From the human T2T-CHM13v2.0 reference genome, Homo sapiens: a stretch of 64,000 nt of DNA. The stretch lies in assembly GCF_009914755.1 (NCBI RefSeq), contig NC_060930.1; one strand, 5' to 3'. The position numbers and the translations under genes are program-made. How positions within the stretch are numbered: position 1 is the first letter of the stretch; the number at the start of each line of letters is the position of its first letter. The notes under the pieces are model-generated. The model was given only the letters and a program-made list of their open reading frames with translations. It was not told the DNA's origin and made no database searches. This document shows positions 1 through 18,598 of the stretch, piece by piece.

Positions 1-1643
<1,643 letters not shown>

Positions 1644-2463
1644 TAGGAAGAACAAATACATCCCATTTACTGAGAGGCTAAACAAACAGTCACTCGCCAG
1701 GCAAAGGGTTAAACGGTTCAGAGAAGGAGGCCTCAATCTCCACATTGTGATGGACTATACAATATGTAAAAGTCATTTCTTACTAGCAATAGTTTAAAGA
1801 GTTAAGGTTTGCAAGTGATTTTCCACTTAAAATTAAATAAATTACCTAACCGCATTCAAGTCAACCCCCATTACAACTTCACTGGATTTCATTCCTTGCT
1901 ATGCTCATTAGAGCAGGAGAGAAAGAGACGGGAGATTTCATGGCATGTGGACATTCTCATCCTGTAAAGTTAAATGGAAAATTAAAATTCCAAACTCTAT
2001 AGGAAGCATTAGACTTTTCCACAGATAAATGCCGATACCAAAGAACAACCAGAAATATAAAACAACAAAACAAAACAAACCTTCAACACAAAAACTAGAA
2101 ATAAAATGCCAACAGGGGCTGGGATTATAGATGCCTTATTCCTTTTCTGTATTTTCAAATTTTTCTAAAAGGAATATATTTTTTAAATAAAGCAGCAGAA
2201 ACCAAATGCCCAACCATTAGGGGACTGCTTTTCAAAATTATAGCACATTTATTTACACACTATTATGCAGCCATCAAAAACAACTTTTAGGAAGTTTCTG
2301 CAATAATATGGAGAAATGCTTATGATGTAAAACATTTGCAACAACTTGAAAAGCTCGATGCAGGGCACAGAATTTCTCTGAAAGGCCACATAAGAAGATA
2401 ACACTGGCTGCATCCAGATGATGAAAACAGAGAGCTGAAGGTAGGCCTAGCAGGGAGAATTAC

Positions 2464-2751
2464 TTTTTTTTGAGACAAGTCCCACTCTGTCACCCAGGCT
2501 GGAGTGCAATGGCACAAACTCGGCTCACTGCAACCTCCGACTCCCAGGTTCAAGTAATTCTCCTGCCTCAGCCTGCTGAGTAGCTGGGATTATAGGCGTG
2601 CAACACCATGCCCGGCTAATTTTTGTATTTTTTAGTAGAGACGTGGTTTCATCATGTTGGTCAGGCTGGTCTTGAACTCCTGACCTCATTATCCACCCAC
2701 CTCAGCCTTCCAAAGCGCTGGGAGTACAGGAATGAGCCACCGCACCTGGCC
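2464..2751 (-). mobile_element. AluS, TSD gagaattac
   Basis: Reverse-complement full Alu; gagaattac flanks both ends. Confidence 0.93.
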
Positions 2752-3054
2752 TGAGAATTACATTTCTCTATACATTTTTTCTCACTGATCCAATTGGCAA
2801 AACATAAGAGTCTGCTAATACCAAGTACTGATGAGAATGTGGACAAAGAAAAACTGTTACACATTTTGGGGAAAGAAAAAACGCATACAACCAGCTGGAG
2901 AACAAGAGCACCCGAGCAAGCTGAGAGTGCATTTCTTTACACTAAGATCCTGCAATGCCACTGCATGATGTCCACCCTGTCACCAGAGAAATACAAAAGA
3001 ACGTTCACCATAGCACAGTTTATTACCACAGAAACAGCAAGAACCACTAAAGGT

Positions 3055-3738
3055 CTCTATGGGTTGAACTGTATCCTTCCTGAATTCATATGTTGAAGTC
3101 CTAACCCCCAGGACTTCAGAATGTGAATGGATACAAGGTCTCTGAAAAGGTAAATAAGTTAAAATGAGGTCATTAGGGTGGGCTTTAATCCAATATGACT
3201 GGTGACCTTATAAGTAGAGGAGATGGTCAAGCATGGTGGCTCATGCCTGTAATCCCAGCACTTTGGGAGGCCAAGGCAGGCGGATCGCCTAAGGTCAGGA
3301 GTTTGAGACCAGCCTAGCCAACATGGCAAAACCTGTCTCTACTAAAAATACAAAAAAATTAGCCGGATATGGTAGCGGGCGCCTGTAATCCCAGTTGCCT
3401 GGAAGGCTGAGGCAGGAGAATCCCTTGAACCCAGGAGGTGAGGTTGCAGTGAGCCAAGATTGCACCACTTCACTGCAGCCTGGGTGACAGAGCGAGACTC
3501 CGTCTCAAAAAAAAAAAAAAAAAAAAAAAAAGGAGATTAGGACAAGACACACAGAGGGAAGACCATGTGAGGACACAGTAGGGAGACAGCAGCCACAAGC
3601 CAAGAGGAGAGGCCTCAGAAGAAACCAAACTTGCTGACACCTTGATCTCAGACTTCTAACCTCCAGAACCATGAGACAATGTTTATGTTGTTTAAGCCAT
3701 GCGGCTTGTGGTACTTGGTTATGGCAGGGCTAGCCAGT
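3055..3738 (+). mobile_element. MLT1-family (MaLR) LTR, interrupted by an Alu
   Basis: tatgggttgaactgt...ttcatatgttgaagtcctaacccc and cttgatctcagacttctaacctccagaacc...tttaagcc, typical MLT1B/C text. Confidence 0.8.
3225..3531 (+). mobile_element. AluSx-like inserted in MLT1 LTR
   Basis: Full dimeric Alu with about 26-nt A tail. Confidence 0.93.
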
Positions 3739-5368
3739 TCATCGGGAGGAGCACAGATGAATACATTCTCAGTTATACAGACAATGAGACACTACATAGT
3801 CTCTAACAGAACCACTAACTACCAAAAGCTGTAAAAGACGGAAGTCCAGTATGGACTCCCAGGAAATGGAAAACTCGTAGGAACTTCGTTCCAGCATGCT
3901 GGACTTACCCCACCCGAATCCTAGAGGCCCAGAGAACTTGATTGAGCACCACCATCAAGGGAAAGCCTGGACTTTAAGGGACTAGGAAATAGAGAGCCAT
4001 AGGCTCAATTTCACTAGGGCCATTTCTAGTGCTGGTCACTAAATGCAGGGGCCAGAACCCCAAACTCAACCCACCTATCCGAGATGGCCCCTCTTCATTA
4101 TCCCAGAGAAAATCCTGCCATGGCTAATGGAATTCATTCATTCCCTCATTTGTTCAACTAACATTGATCCAATACCCTTTTGAGTCAGAGACTTGCCAGG
4201 TATGAAGAAATGAGTTGTCAGGCACCTGGCAATCTGGTTGGGGAAGGACAAATGACATCAAGCTAATCACAACACAAGGTGTTATCAGGGATCTATGAGC
4301 AGAAGCTAGAAGTGAGAAGGACTTCACAGGAAAAATAGCAACTTGTACGGCACATTTTCTCTGTCTAAAAGGCCTTCTGCCCTTTTTGCTTTGGGAAGTG
4401 CCTATTCAAAAAATGTTGTTCTTTTAGGCAGCAGAACTTAAAGTTACAAAGGCACCAAGTCACAAACGCTGGCTGCATATGGAACAGCTGCCTGCCTGAA
4501 AGGAGGGCCAGGAACCCAGGCTGGTGAGGGTGGAAGGGAAGGGCATGGGTTTTATGGTGTAGACAGCAGGAGCTGGCAGGAGTTTTGATGAAGAGGAGCA
4601 TCCTGAAGGGCTCACCAGGAAGAGTCCCAGGCAGCAGCATGGAGGACTGGAGGGAAAAGGTTACCAGTGACCATGCAGAAAACTTGTCCCAGCATCTGGT
4701 GGCTTTTCCAGACCAGCGGACACAGAGACAGTTGCAACCTGGGACTGCAGCTGGAAATGCTGAAAGGCCATTTTGCCCATCAAGCAGACAATAGACCGAA
4801 AGAAAGCCAGGGATGAATGGACGATTGATTGTAGCCAGCAACTGCTTAGACAGTGTAAATCGTAATGCCAAAAGTGCATATCCCCTATGAATTTTCTTTG
4901 TTCGAGAACAAAAGGGGCCATTGGATCCTGAGGGCCATGTGGACACAGAAAGGCTTTTTTCTAGAAAATTGTTCCCCGTCTGCCTCCACAGGTTGGATCA
5001 GCAGTTACAATAAAACTGTCTGTGAGGCTGCGTAGGATCGGAGGCCAACCCACACTCGGAGAGTGCAGACTTATAGGTCCCCAGGAAACACCCACCTCAC
5101 CTGGACACTCATTTTCAGGCCTAAGAAGGGTGTTCCCAGCTGAGAAAATGTCCCAGGAAAGATAGAGGGCTCCTCTGAGACCCACCGTGCTGGGTGTTTT
5201 TTAGAGAAAGCATGGCTATTTGTGGGAAGTACACCCTAGTGGGTCAAGAGAAGGTGCTTCCACCCTCATCTCTGCTACAGAAGTGATCTGTGATGCCTGG
5301 GGCAAGACATTAAACCACCCACCCACCCTGAGCCTCAGTTTCCTCAAATGTAAAAAATAAGATGAAGC

Positions 5369-5550
5369 CAGTACTTCCCAAACCTGGCTGTACATCAGAA
5401 TTTGTGGGAAGCTCGTTAAGAATACTGATTCCCAGGCATGGCTTCAGACCAACTGAATCAGAATATCTGGGGAGTGGGACCCAGGAGTCTGTTTGTAATC
5501 AAAAATCTGTGAGGGCATCTGTTTCCTGCGGATCCCTAAGGTCTACCGCT
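5369..5550. mobile_element. MER5-family hAT-Charlie MITE (next to a MIR remnant at about 5285-5365)
   Basis: cagtacttcccaaacctggctgtacatcagaat...cagaccaactgaatcagaatatctggggagtgggacccagg. Confidence 0.7.
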
Positions 5551-7812
5551 TTATAAGATGCCCCTGGATTTAGAAATTCAAATAATGGAGAACATAGCTC
5601 CATTCCCCAACCCCATGGCTAGTATTTTGTATTTCTCGAGATTGATTCTTGAGGGAGGCTTAGGTTACTGCTGGGCATATTTTAGTCTGTTCTCTTATCT
5701 CCTCCCAATGCCAGCCTAAACTAGAAACAGGTTTAGTTCTCTTTTTAAAGATGAAATGTGTCTCCAGCTATGGTAGTAGAGGGGAACATTACGTAAGAAT
5801 CCAGTAATTCTCCACCTTCTTATTCTTAAAGGTCTCCCTGACCAGGCCACCCACTGGGAATTTCCTTTCTCCTCAGGCCCCAATTTTCTGCCATCTCTTT
5901 ATTCCACTGAGTAGTCTCTGCCCAATTTCCCCAAAGTTTACATATACCAGCTACTTAAAATCTAGGTCAAACTTCGCATATCTCAAAATGCATTAAAAGA
6001 ACCATGTTAAACAAAAGGTCTTTTAGGAACACAAAGCAATCACAGATGTTCCAAAAGGCCTTCTTTTTGATGTAAACAATTTAGCTAGGCTCTCACCTCC
6101 CCATTCCACCAGGATATAATCACCATTAACCACTGGGAAGAAGGTTATGGTAACACGACCATTATCCCACGTTGATATCAATCACACCGTTCCCCTGAGA
6201 AAAGGGAATGGTGACCATCAGCAACTTAACAGCAAATCTATCTCCCCACTCCTTGCGTGTTTAGCAAGCTCCCCAAGTGACAAGGCCAGCTGGTCAGCAT
6301 TTGGAAACCACTAGACCAGGTGAGTGCTGGAGTTACTTCCAGCTTTAAAACTCCGTTTCTTTGAAAATGAACGTGCTCTGCACCAGGTGGTGGGATGGAC
6401 CCTGGAGTCAGCCAAACCAGGATTCCAACCTCAGCTCCTCCACTAACTAGCTGGATGACTGTCGTCAAGTTACTGGCTACTTGCTTTCCACATTTGCAAA
6501 AGAGAATACTGCCAAGTTCACAGACTGTGTTAGGAATGCATGTGAAAGTAGCTGCCAATAACTTAGTTTTCTTTGTCTTAGCACAGAGTAAGTAGCGTCA
6601 GATAATTTTAGCGCATTAGACAAAGCTCACATGGGCTGCACCTTCTCTAAGCAAATACCTTTCCTCTGGAGCTTCATGAAGTCTTTCACTAAGTCTGCAA
6701 ACTTCACTAAAGATCCCTCCGGAGGGGGATTGGCCACCCTACTACCCCTACGGGGAACCATGAGAGATCAGTCTGCTCCACTGGGTACCTGCTGCATTGA
6801 TTGGCACTGACATGTTGCAAGCTCAATACCCAATTTCAGCACAAGGGCAAGCTTAACTTCACCTGGACATGAGGCTGGAGAGCAGTGATGCTGCTGTCCT
6901 GGGTAACTCTCAACACTGTAAAATGAGATCACTCTAAGAAAACAAGAATCAGGCAATCCATCACTTTATAATTTCTGAATGCTGGAGTTCTCCTGGGCAC
7001 TCCTACTGTGCACTCCTCTGGATCATGTCTTTCTGGGCATATCGTGAACTCTCCAAGAGCAGAGAATGGGGGTCTTCAGCATCTTTTACCTGCAGTGCCT
7101 CACAGAGTACCAGGCCCACACCAGACATGACACATTTGATAAATAAGTGAATGCATTAATTAATGGAAGGGTGGACCAGAGGGGTTCAGACTATGTAAAC
7201 TGGCTGCCTGAGTAATTATATCACGTAATGTACTTTCAGAATTCCCTGAAAACACAAGCCTTTATTTCGGAAACTAATTCTGAAAAGCAGAAATGATGTT
7301 TCCCAGTGCAAAAGTGACTCAGTCAAAACTGTCAAGGGCAATGATGCATTAAACTAATTCATTCAATCCCTCATTCATTCAACAAACACTTACTGAATCT
7401 TCATTACAGGACAGGCACTATGCCAAATCCCAGAGACAAGAAGAGAAAAAAGATGTGGTCCCTGGAGGAGCCAGGCATCAATCACTTTCTTTAAGCTTCC
7501 TGTGTGGTTCCAATGTGCAGTGGGAGTTGAAAAGGACCGTCTGGGAGCCTGCAGAGTAATGGAGGGACACACGCCGCACCAGTTCTGGGGGTCACCTGCT
7601 AACTCCTCTGTTCTTCTTCCAGTTTTCTTCTCCCGCCTTTTTCTCTCTTAGCCAGTCAAAATCTCAGACTGAATTATTTATTGCTTTTTGCAACCACTGA
7701 ATAATATCTGAATAATATTCTTGCTCCATATAGTTACCTTCAAAGTACAAAAAAAAAAAACAACTGCAATATTTTAGATTTGGCTTTTTCAAAAACAAAA
7801 CCAGAAAGTGTA

Positions 7813-7818
7813 TTTATT
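7813..7818 (-). terminator. Candidate distal polyadenylation signal AATAAA
   Basis: tttatt on +; minus-strand downstream sequence is GU/U-rich (ggttttgtttttg ... gttgtttttttttttttg). Confidence 0.5.
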
Positions 7819-8816
7819 TTCAACTGAAAGCTCACATTCCAATAAGTATTTATGAACTGCATCTTATATTTAGGACAACTTGGAAATCTAAGGTAATAAA
7901 AACAGTCCCAACCTTCCGTCTAAATGTTGGTCCTCAGTTGAAATCTTTTTCTATGGGTAAGTGGTTTTCAGAAGAAAAAGGATGCTAATCAGTCTCCTAT
8001 GTGTTGTTCTTTTTATACAGAATAAAGCCTCATGTTTGTGTCCCAGGGCCTAACACCAAGTCTGACATACAGCATCCATAAGCTCAACTCCTAGAGGTTT
8101 GACTTCTCCTCATCCCATAAGGAGTAATCAATTCTGGGCAGTCACTAGTGGGACCAATGGCCCCAGCTTGCCCAGGACTGAGGGCTTGAGAGAGTCCTTG
8201 GCAAACCAGGGCAGCTGGTCACCAAAGCAGACACCTCTGCTCTCATTACCAAGTTCTTCTTTCAGACATGAGGATACTTACATTACATACAGTGAAACCT
8301 GATCATCAATCACATTGTAAATTCAAAGACTTCACTGTAATATGATTATTCCACATACTCCACACCAATGGTAATATTTACCATTTTTGCTAGTTTGCAA
8401 GATGTACATTTTTCTTGGTCTCGTACCTCAAACTATTCTTGGTGGAGACAAACTCTGACAGATTTTAGATACCTACAACCCCCTTCCCCTACCCACTATC
8501 TAAGATTCTTCCTGGGACAGCGAAGTAGGGTTGCCCCAAGATTTCCTTGTTAAAGTGGGGTGAGACTCATGCACTAGCTCACATCTACTACTTCTTAACT
8601 TCCACTGTCCCAAATAAGGACTAAAGTTTGGGTTCTAGTACTCTCCCCCAGCACCAGGACTGTTTACATGCTGTAGAGGAACAGGCACATCACATTCACA
8701 TTTCACTATCCTAAGAGAAGCAGCAGTAGGACACCTTATGGACCTGTGTCTCTATTGACACAGACAAAAAGCAATTATTCCCATCAGAAACATTTCTTTT
8801 ATATGGGAACATACTG

Positions 8817-8822
8817 TTTATT
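8817..8822 (-). terminator. Candidate proximal polyadenylation signal AATAAA
   Basis: tttatt on +; on the minus strand it is followed about 50 nt later by ttttTGTCTGTGT, a GU-rich downstream element. Another AATAAA lies at 8912-8917. Confidence 0.6.
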
Positions 8823-9921
8823 CAATAAGAAATTAATTTTTTATCGTTGGATTTGAATAAATTTTCTTCTCCCAAGCAATCTGATTGGCAGTACACCATT
8901 GCAGCATATACTTTATTATTATCATCATTATTATTTTCCACAACATTTAATACCAAGTTTCCTTCTCTCACATAGAATATTACCCAATAGAAGTCTCCAA
9001 AAGGGGCCATAGCACATTCATAACAAAGATAGAAAAGAAAACTTTCAATGTCTGCTTTCCAATATGATGATTCAACTAAAACAAAGCTGAATTTCTCAGC
9101 TATGAAACTGAAAAAATGAAAATCAGCCCATGTGTACATCACGGCCAGCCATGATCATTAACACCTCCATGAAATGAGGGAGAAAAGAGAGAAACAACTG
9201 CTTCTTCTTACCAAACTTCTATATAACTTCAAATTACTTTAAAAAAATTTCCTAAAAGGCATTCTGCTGCCTTTCTGAGGCATGAACATTTGGGTGTCTT
9301 CTCAAGACCAACCCCGGGCAAGCAGGTGGCGCCTGTGAAATGGAAAACATTCGGAAAACAGCAGCCCCTCTTCAGCTCCATGTACAGGAGACTTTCTGAT
9401 TTCCAATCTTGGCTCAGGTCAGAAGAAAAAGGGGAAAGGTTACATTCCTGGAAAGAAAATACAGCCTATTTGAGGGCATGCCTGACTTTCAGTCCATGCA
9501 CTAGTCCTCTTGGCTCGTAGAGTTTTCAGTGCCCTGAAACCATGATCCCTCTGCCTCCATGGTCCTCTGAGTGTAGTTATTATGTCTGCAAACCAGTAAT
9601 GTCACAAGTCAAAGGGTCTGGGGCTTCCCAGGGAACCACTATGACTGAGTATATTCTGATTTGAGAAACCTGTGACAAGTCTTCTCAGCACTCGCCTTCT
9701 AATTTTTGGAGCCGATGCCTGGGTTCCCAGCATCCAGGTCACAGTAGCTGGAAATCATGCAGGAAGGGCAAAAAGCCAGCAGCCCAGAATGGACTGTCTC
9801 TGCAGCTCTGGCACATTCTCTACACATCGCCACACCACTCAAATGTCCTATAAAATATCAAAACCAATAACCTGGACATGGCCGATTAATCTGTACAAAA
9901 AGGCTTTATAAAAATACTCCC

Positions 9922-10280
<359 letters not shown>

Positions 10281-10367
10281 CTAAGCCACCGGAGGAGCCC
10301 TTGAAGCCTTGTCATCTCATCTTTCGAACGTTCTGCAGTTTTGCTTGTTCCGCTTCTCTTGGAGGTA

Positions 10368-10494
10368 TCAATCTGTTTTTCTCTTATTAATAGAGTTCAG
10401 AGTCTGAGGCCGCCTTTGCGTATGAGCTTGTGGTTTCATTGGCAGAAATAGTATTATCAGGAGACTTATGATGTGCAAATAAAAGTACATGGAC
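10368..10494 (-). CDS. MBOAT1: MBOAT1 exon 13 coding part (127 nt): (K)SMYFYLHIISLLIILFLPMKPQAHTQRRPQTLNSINKRKTD*; KxKxx ER-retrieval-like C-terminus
   Basis: Acceptor tttttattcccAG; TGA at 10368-10370; summed exon lengths (1389 nt) are a multiple of 3. Confidence 0.96.
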
Positions 10495-10851
10495 CTGGGA
10501 ATAAAAATATACAAAAATTATATTTCAAATAAGGATGTAGATGGGAAACACCACCTAATTATATCACCTACAGTATGACAAGTGAGAGCACCGCTTTTGG
10601 CAGTAGGAGGCCTGTCTACACTCAGGCTTCCCTCAATCTGCTCCACAGATAACTCCCTTTGGTAGGTGAGCGGGTCACAGATAGACTGAAACCACAAAAC
10701 TGGGCAGGGCAAACCAACTGGCTCATCTGTGGATACACACGGTACCGTCCCATTGACATAACAGGCTAACCAACAGAATTAACCCCACGACAGCCAGACA
10801 CCCCCAATATTCAAAGTCTAAGGACTCCCAAGACCAAATTCAAACCCAATA

Positions 10852-12366
<1,515 letters not shown>

Positions 12367-13564
12367 TATTCTATTCCTTAAACACAATGCAACTAACACT
12401 TTAACCCATTGCTCTACTCAAGTATAAAAGGTTCTTCTTTTGTGTCTTATGAGCCAGAAGAATCCCAATTCTGAAAATCCAGTCCATAACCCTAAAAATA
12501 ACTGTCATCTAAACTAATAAAAAAAACAAGTTTTGCTTTTGATGTTTGTGGACTTCTATTGCAAAGTGTAGTATTCAGCAGTATGCACAATGTAGATATC
12601 CAATAAATACTGGGCCTATCAATACCTGCAAGTAATTAGAAACAGCTGCATTGGCACAACTGTTCTAGATCCATTTGGAAAGGTTCAACTTATACTTTCC
12701 CTAATGCTTTTTGAAGAATAAAGGAAAATAATGTTGGGAGGGAGGAAAGCACAATTGATTTATGCATCATTCCCCAACTTCTGTGATTACAAGGTCAGGC
12801 ACATTAGAATCAGATAACTCACATATGCCCCTAAACTTCCCCATCCTTTAGCAGGAGGAATGCCTCCCTGACAATATTTATAGAATAGTGAAGAGCTCGA
12901 ACAGAAGCAAACATACATGCATTCATTTATCCTTTCAATATGCATTTACTGCTTAGGATATGCAAAACAATAAACTGGATCTACAAAAAGGCATCAGCCT
13001 CCACCCCTTCCCATGTGAGAATGGAAACAAGACAAGCACATCATTAACAGCTGTTTAACCAGGGAAGGGGTAAGCAGCAACAGCAAGTGACCATCTAATC
13101 TACTGTCTAAACCAAGACATTATTGAGCGTGGAAAAAGTGCTCCACAGATAAACACGGTGATTTAACAGGTATAGACTGGGATTCTCATGGGCACACCCT
13201 GGCCATAGGTAACTCCAGCTTTCAAAATATGCACATCCAAAATATGTCATACTTTGTTCTTGAGCTTTGCCTTAATCTTTCATATGTGGCCAAATCTACA
13301 CTGGAACAATTACATTAGGTAAAATCCAGCTACTTTGAACATCAAGTGGAAAACACCTAGTAAGGTTTAGTAACCTCTTCTGACATTTCATATTTCTCTA
13401 CAATTTTAAGGAATATTTCATCTATTATGGAAAGACTAAACTAACATTTATTGATCATGTCAGGCACTGACCTAAGGACTCAGATATAAAGATGAATTAG
13501 GCAGGGTTCCTGCTCTCAAGGAGTTTGCCATCTACGAAAGTTTCTACGCAAATTCTAACGTTCT

Positions 13565-13881
13565 GGCCAGGCGCAGTGGCTCAGGCCTGTAATCCCAGCA
13601 CTTTGGGAGGCCAAGGTGGGTAGATTGCTTGAGTCCAAGAGTTTGAGACCAGCCTGGGCAACATGGCAAAACCCCATCTCTACAAAAATAAAAAAATTAG
13701 GCGGGTGCGGTCGCACGTGCCTGTAATCCCAGCTACTCGGGAGGCTGAGGTGGGAGGCTGAGGTGGGAGGATCACCTGAACCAGGAGGCAGAGGCTGGGG
13801 CAAGCTGAGATCACAATCGCGCCACTGCACTCCAGCCTCGGCAACGGAGGAGACCCCAACTCAAAAAACAAATAGAAAAAC
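13565..13881 (+). mobile_element. AluJ-like, TSD caaattctaacgtt, internal 13-bp duplication (ggaggctgaggtg x2)
   Basis: gattgcttgagtcc and ggtgggaggatc J-type features. Confidence 0.9.
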
Positions 13882-14324
13882 AAATTCTAACGTTATTACC
13901 CACTGAATTTAAGAAAGAGTTATCCAATTCAAGACAAAATGATGTATGTGAATTTGCTTTGCAAAATGATTTCATAGAAAGGTTCTTTCATAATATATTT
14001 AAGTATTCACTTGGGCTCATTTACAACTTAAAGAAGTTAGACTGAGCACTCTAAGGCTGAGATCTGAAGCCACTCTAGACTGAACACTGACTACACCTAA
14101 CAACGAAGTACAAGTGAAATTTCAATGTTAAGCAATGAGGATCTACTGAGAAAAGGGTTTGCATACAACTGTGGTTTACTGCTAGCTACTGAATTTAGCC
14201 CAAGGGGAGGAACAGATCTGGAACGCAACCAGGCCTGCCTTCACTAAAAAGCTACGCAATTTTATTTCTTCGCCAGATTCAGGGATTTTCTTAAAAGATT
14301 ATGAAAACACTGTTTGAGGTGTAA

Positions 14325-14832
<508 letters not shown>

Positions 14833-16188
14833 ATCTAGACAGGAAACTTAAATTCAATAAATAACTAGAAACCAGAAAATATCCTAGGTTGGATCATCTA
14901 AAATAGGCCTACTTGACCCAAAAAATGTCAACTCCTGTTTCATCCTAAACAAAGGTGTTTTTAAAAAAATATTCTGGGGTGATTTTAAAAAGAAGTGAAA
15001 AGCTACTTGATAATTTAATTCTGCCCCTTGAGTTCCTGCCTACGCCTAGTTGTTATGCTTTAGTTGGTTAAACACAATATTATCACTAGCAAATCACTTA
15101 TTGTGATCCCCAAGCAGTAGTTTGCATCCAAAATAACTTCTCCTAAAGAACTTTTTAGTAACTCCACTACTGATATTGCTATTAAGGGAATACTGAGTCT
15201 GAAACTCAGGTTTAACATTTAGCTGCTGTGTAAATTCTGTTACTCACCCTCTCTTGAGTCTCCACTTCCTCATGCGATAAACAGGGACACTGATACCTAC
15301 CCCACCGCTCTCCTCAGCTCACCTCCCTCCACCTTGGATTCTATGTTCTGCCCACATTCACGTTTCTCTGGTCTTCAGTGCTCGGAGCTTCGTGCTACAC
15401 TATGGGGGGCTACATGACGGGGCTTTTCCAGGCTGTTTCCAAGTCTGGAGCATGGCCCACAATGCCCTCCTTGCCCACCGCACTCACACATACTGAGCCT
15501 GCTTCACTCCCACTGCACAACCTCCAGGACTGAGCTCAAAAAGATGCCCCCAGTGCCTAGGCTGAGGCAGATTCCTGTTACATACTCTCTTAAAACTCTA
15601 TACCATTCACTCAGAGTATGATCTCAGCATGTATTTATACATGTGTCAATTACTCCCTGTCTTTTCCATCAAGCTATCACCCCAGTGAGAGCAGAAATGA
15701 TCTCTCTATTTTGCTTTCCATTCTAGCTCCAGATTCTAGCACAATGCCTAGCACACTACAGGTATTACGTGATACTGAGTGGAATACAGGCACTTCTGCT
15801 ATAATATGATCAATATATTCCTTAAAAATCTTGTATGAGGCAATATCAGGGGCTTAGAATACCAGGGCTTACAGGAAAAAAAAAAAAGCATGTTAGAAAT
15901 AGATAATTCAAAACCTAGGAGGACTCTGTAACAAAAACAGAGCTTTAAAGGAGACAATTTGGACAGCCCCTGCAGACAGCTCAATGGTGCCAAAGGCTGC
16001 TTCCGGGCATGTTAAAAATGTAGAGGACAAAAGGGCAAATGTTGGCTTGAGGGCATGGACAAATGGGAATGAAATTGGAGCCGGAAGCATGTGGGGCTGC
16101 CCTAGGTGGGCACAAGGAGGCAGAAGCAGTCAGAATGCTGGCTTGGGGATACGCCTCTCTGAGGAGGGAGCCCCAGTGAAGGGGGCTC

Positions 16189-16335
16189 CTGTTTGAGGTG
16201 TAATCAATCTGGAATAATCGCTGGCAACACGTGGCTGTTAAAAGTCTAATTAATTAAAATTCAATAAAATTGAAAATTCGGTTTCTCTGTGCCACTAGCT
16301 GCATTTCCAATGCTCAATGGCCACACATGTTGGGT
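16189..16335 (+). repeat. 147-bp direct copy of 14310-14456 (flank plus part of MER3)
   Basis: Ungapped manual alignment, 14 mismatches in 147 bp. Confidence 0.92.
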
Positions 16336-17679
16336 TTCTCACCTAGGACTGAAATGACTCCTACCTCTCTAGCAGCTGAACTGAGGGCTTCTTTTTGGCT
16401 GAAGCTTATAATTCTCTTCCCACTCTTCTGGCACCCCTTTGCATAGAAAAATTTGGGTATAAACCAGTACAGCTTCCATGTTATATTGACATAACTTCTT
16501 ATCACCTAACTCCTAGTATAAAAGCATATATTGTAACAGCATGGACTTCATTGATGAGTGTTATATGGTTCCCTCAACCTTCTCTTTCTATAGCCTCAAA
16601 AAAATCATCCCACTTATAGACACTGATACACATATTGAGTAGTAAAAAATTCTTCAATCCATTCATGACCCCTCCATCGGCTATAGGGAATTCCCAACTT
16701 AGGAAGAAGGTGTGTTTGCACTGTTTATTTCTAAGTAACTATTTAAAAAATGATACGATGTTCCAAAGTTAACCTAGAAAAGCCTGTGCAACTCATTAAA
16801 TAATACAAGGTAGCATTTATTGAGTACAGACTATATGCCAGATACTGGCCAGAGCCCTCTGCACATTTATCTCATTAATTCTAACACTCAGTACTAAAGA
16901 CGGTGCTCTGAGGTGAATTTTCTTCTCAGCCTCATTTTCCAGTTGAGAAAACACAGGTAAAAGAGGCTAACAACTTGTCAAAGATCACACACAATCAGTT
17001 CACAAGAGCATGTGCTCAACCACTTCACAACAGTGGAGAAATACAATTCATTACACATAACTGTGAAAGAATAAAAGTCAGCAATTAGAGGTTTGCAGTT
17101 CACCTGGAGCACAGGTGTTTGACTATAAAGGTTGGTCTGTGGTGCGAGCCTCCTCCTCCTCCAGCCTCAATTCCACATATACCCCTCCAACACGTGCAAC
17201 TGGCAACATAAATCCCCCATCAGCCTCACCAGGGAGTCCTTCTGCACACCACTCGATCAGGCAATGACAGCCTCAGCCGCATCCCCCGCTCCTGCCTCCA
17301 TTTCTGTCCTGCTCTCAGAACACGTCATAGTCCCCAGTACAGCCTACCCCCCAGGAGAAAGAGCTAAGGGCAGCAAATTTACCCTCTGAGTTTTTACTCA
17401 GGGTCCATCCCTTCAAAATATACTGCCATGAGGGGGCCCCTGGATGACATTCTGAATGGCTTAAGGGATTCCTGTCAACAGTGCTTGTATGTATTGGAAT
17501 TTGTACATTGGTGTCTCCAGGACAGCCACTTCCTCTTAAAGCTTCTATGGACACTTCCCACACTGAAGCCCCAGTTAGAAGTGTTTAGGACTGCTTCATT
17601 CAATTTACTGCCTCCTAAGTCAAACACAGTGAAAATAGAGTCATTTACGAGATGGCAACTGAGAACAACGGAAACTTAC

Positions 17680-17831
17680 TTGTATAAGCTGATGGTCGGT
17701 TCAACTGCCAACATCACAAAGGGTGCTACCGTGTAAGAGACAGCCAGCTGAGTGACGGCCCAGGTGCCTGCATCATACACAGCCTTGAGAGCTCTTGAAG
17801 AAAGGAAGTAATGTCTGTAGTTGTTCCTGAC
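17680..17831 (-). CDS. MBOAT1: MBOAT1 exon 12 (152 nt): VRNNYRHYFLSSRALKAVYDAGTWAVTQLAVSYTVAPFVMLAVEPTISLY(K)
   Basis: Acceptor ggcctgcAG, donor AA|GTAAGT; ORF 17676..17885. Confidence 0.96.
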
Positions 17832-17952
17832 CTGCAGGCCAACACAGGCAACAGTAGTGAGGAGGGGGTGAAAAACAAATAACAACTTTTACTCTGTGCA
17901 TGCAGATAGTATGCCACAGGAACATGGGCTACAGAAGATAACCAACATCTGA

Positions 17953-18598
<646 letters not shown>

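Noticed and set aside
4365-4946. Longest ORF in the track (193 aa, minus)
   Set aside because: Non-ATG start, no recognisable domain or splice context, and overlapping short ORFs on both strands; consistent with a chance ORF.
9316-9334. CTCF-like GGGCAAGCAGGTGGCGCCT in the 3'UTR
   Set aside because: Mismatch at the nearly invariant second C of the core; weak without ChIP data.
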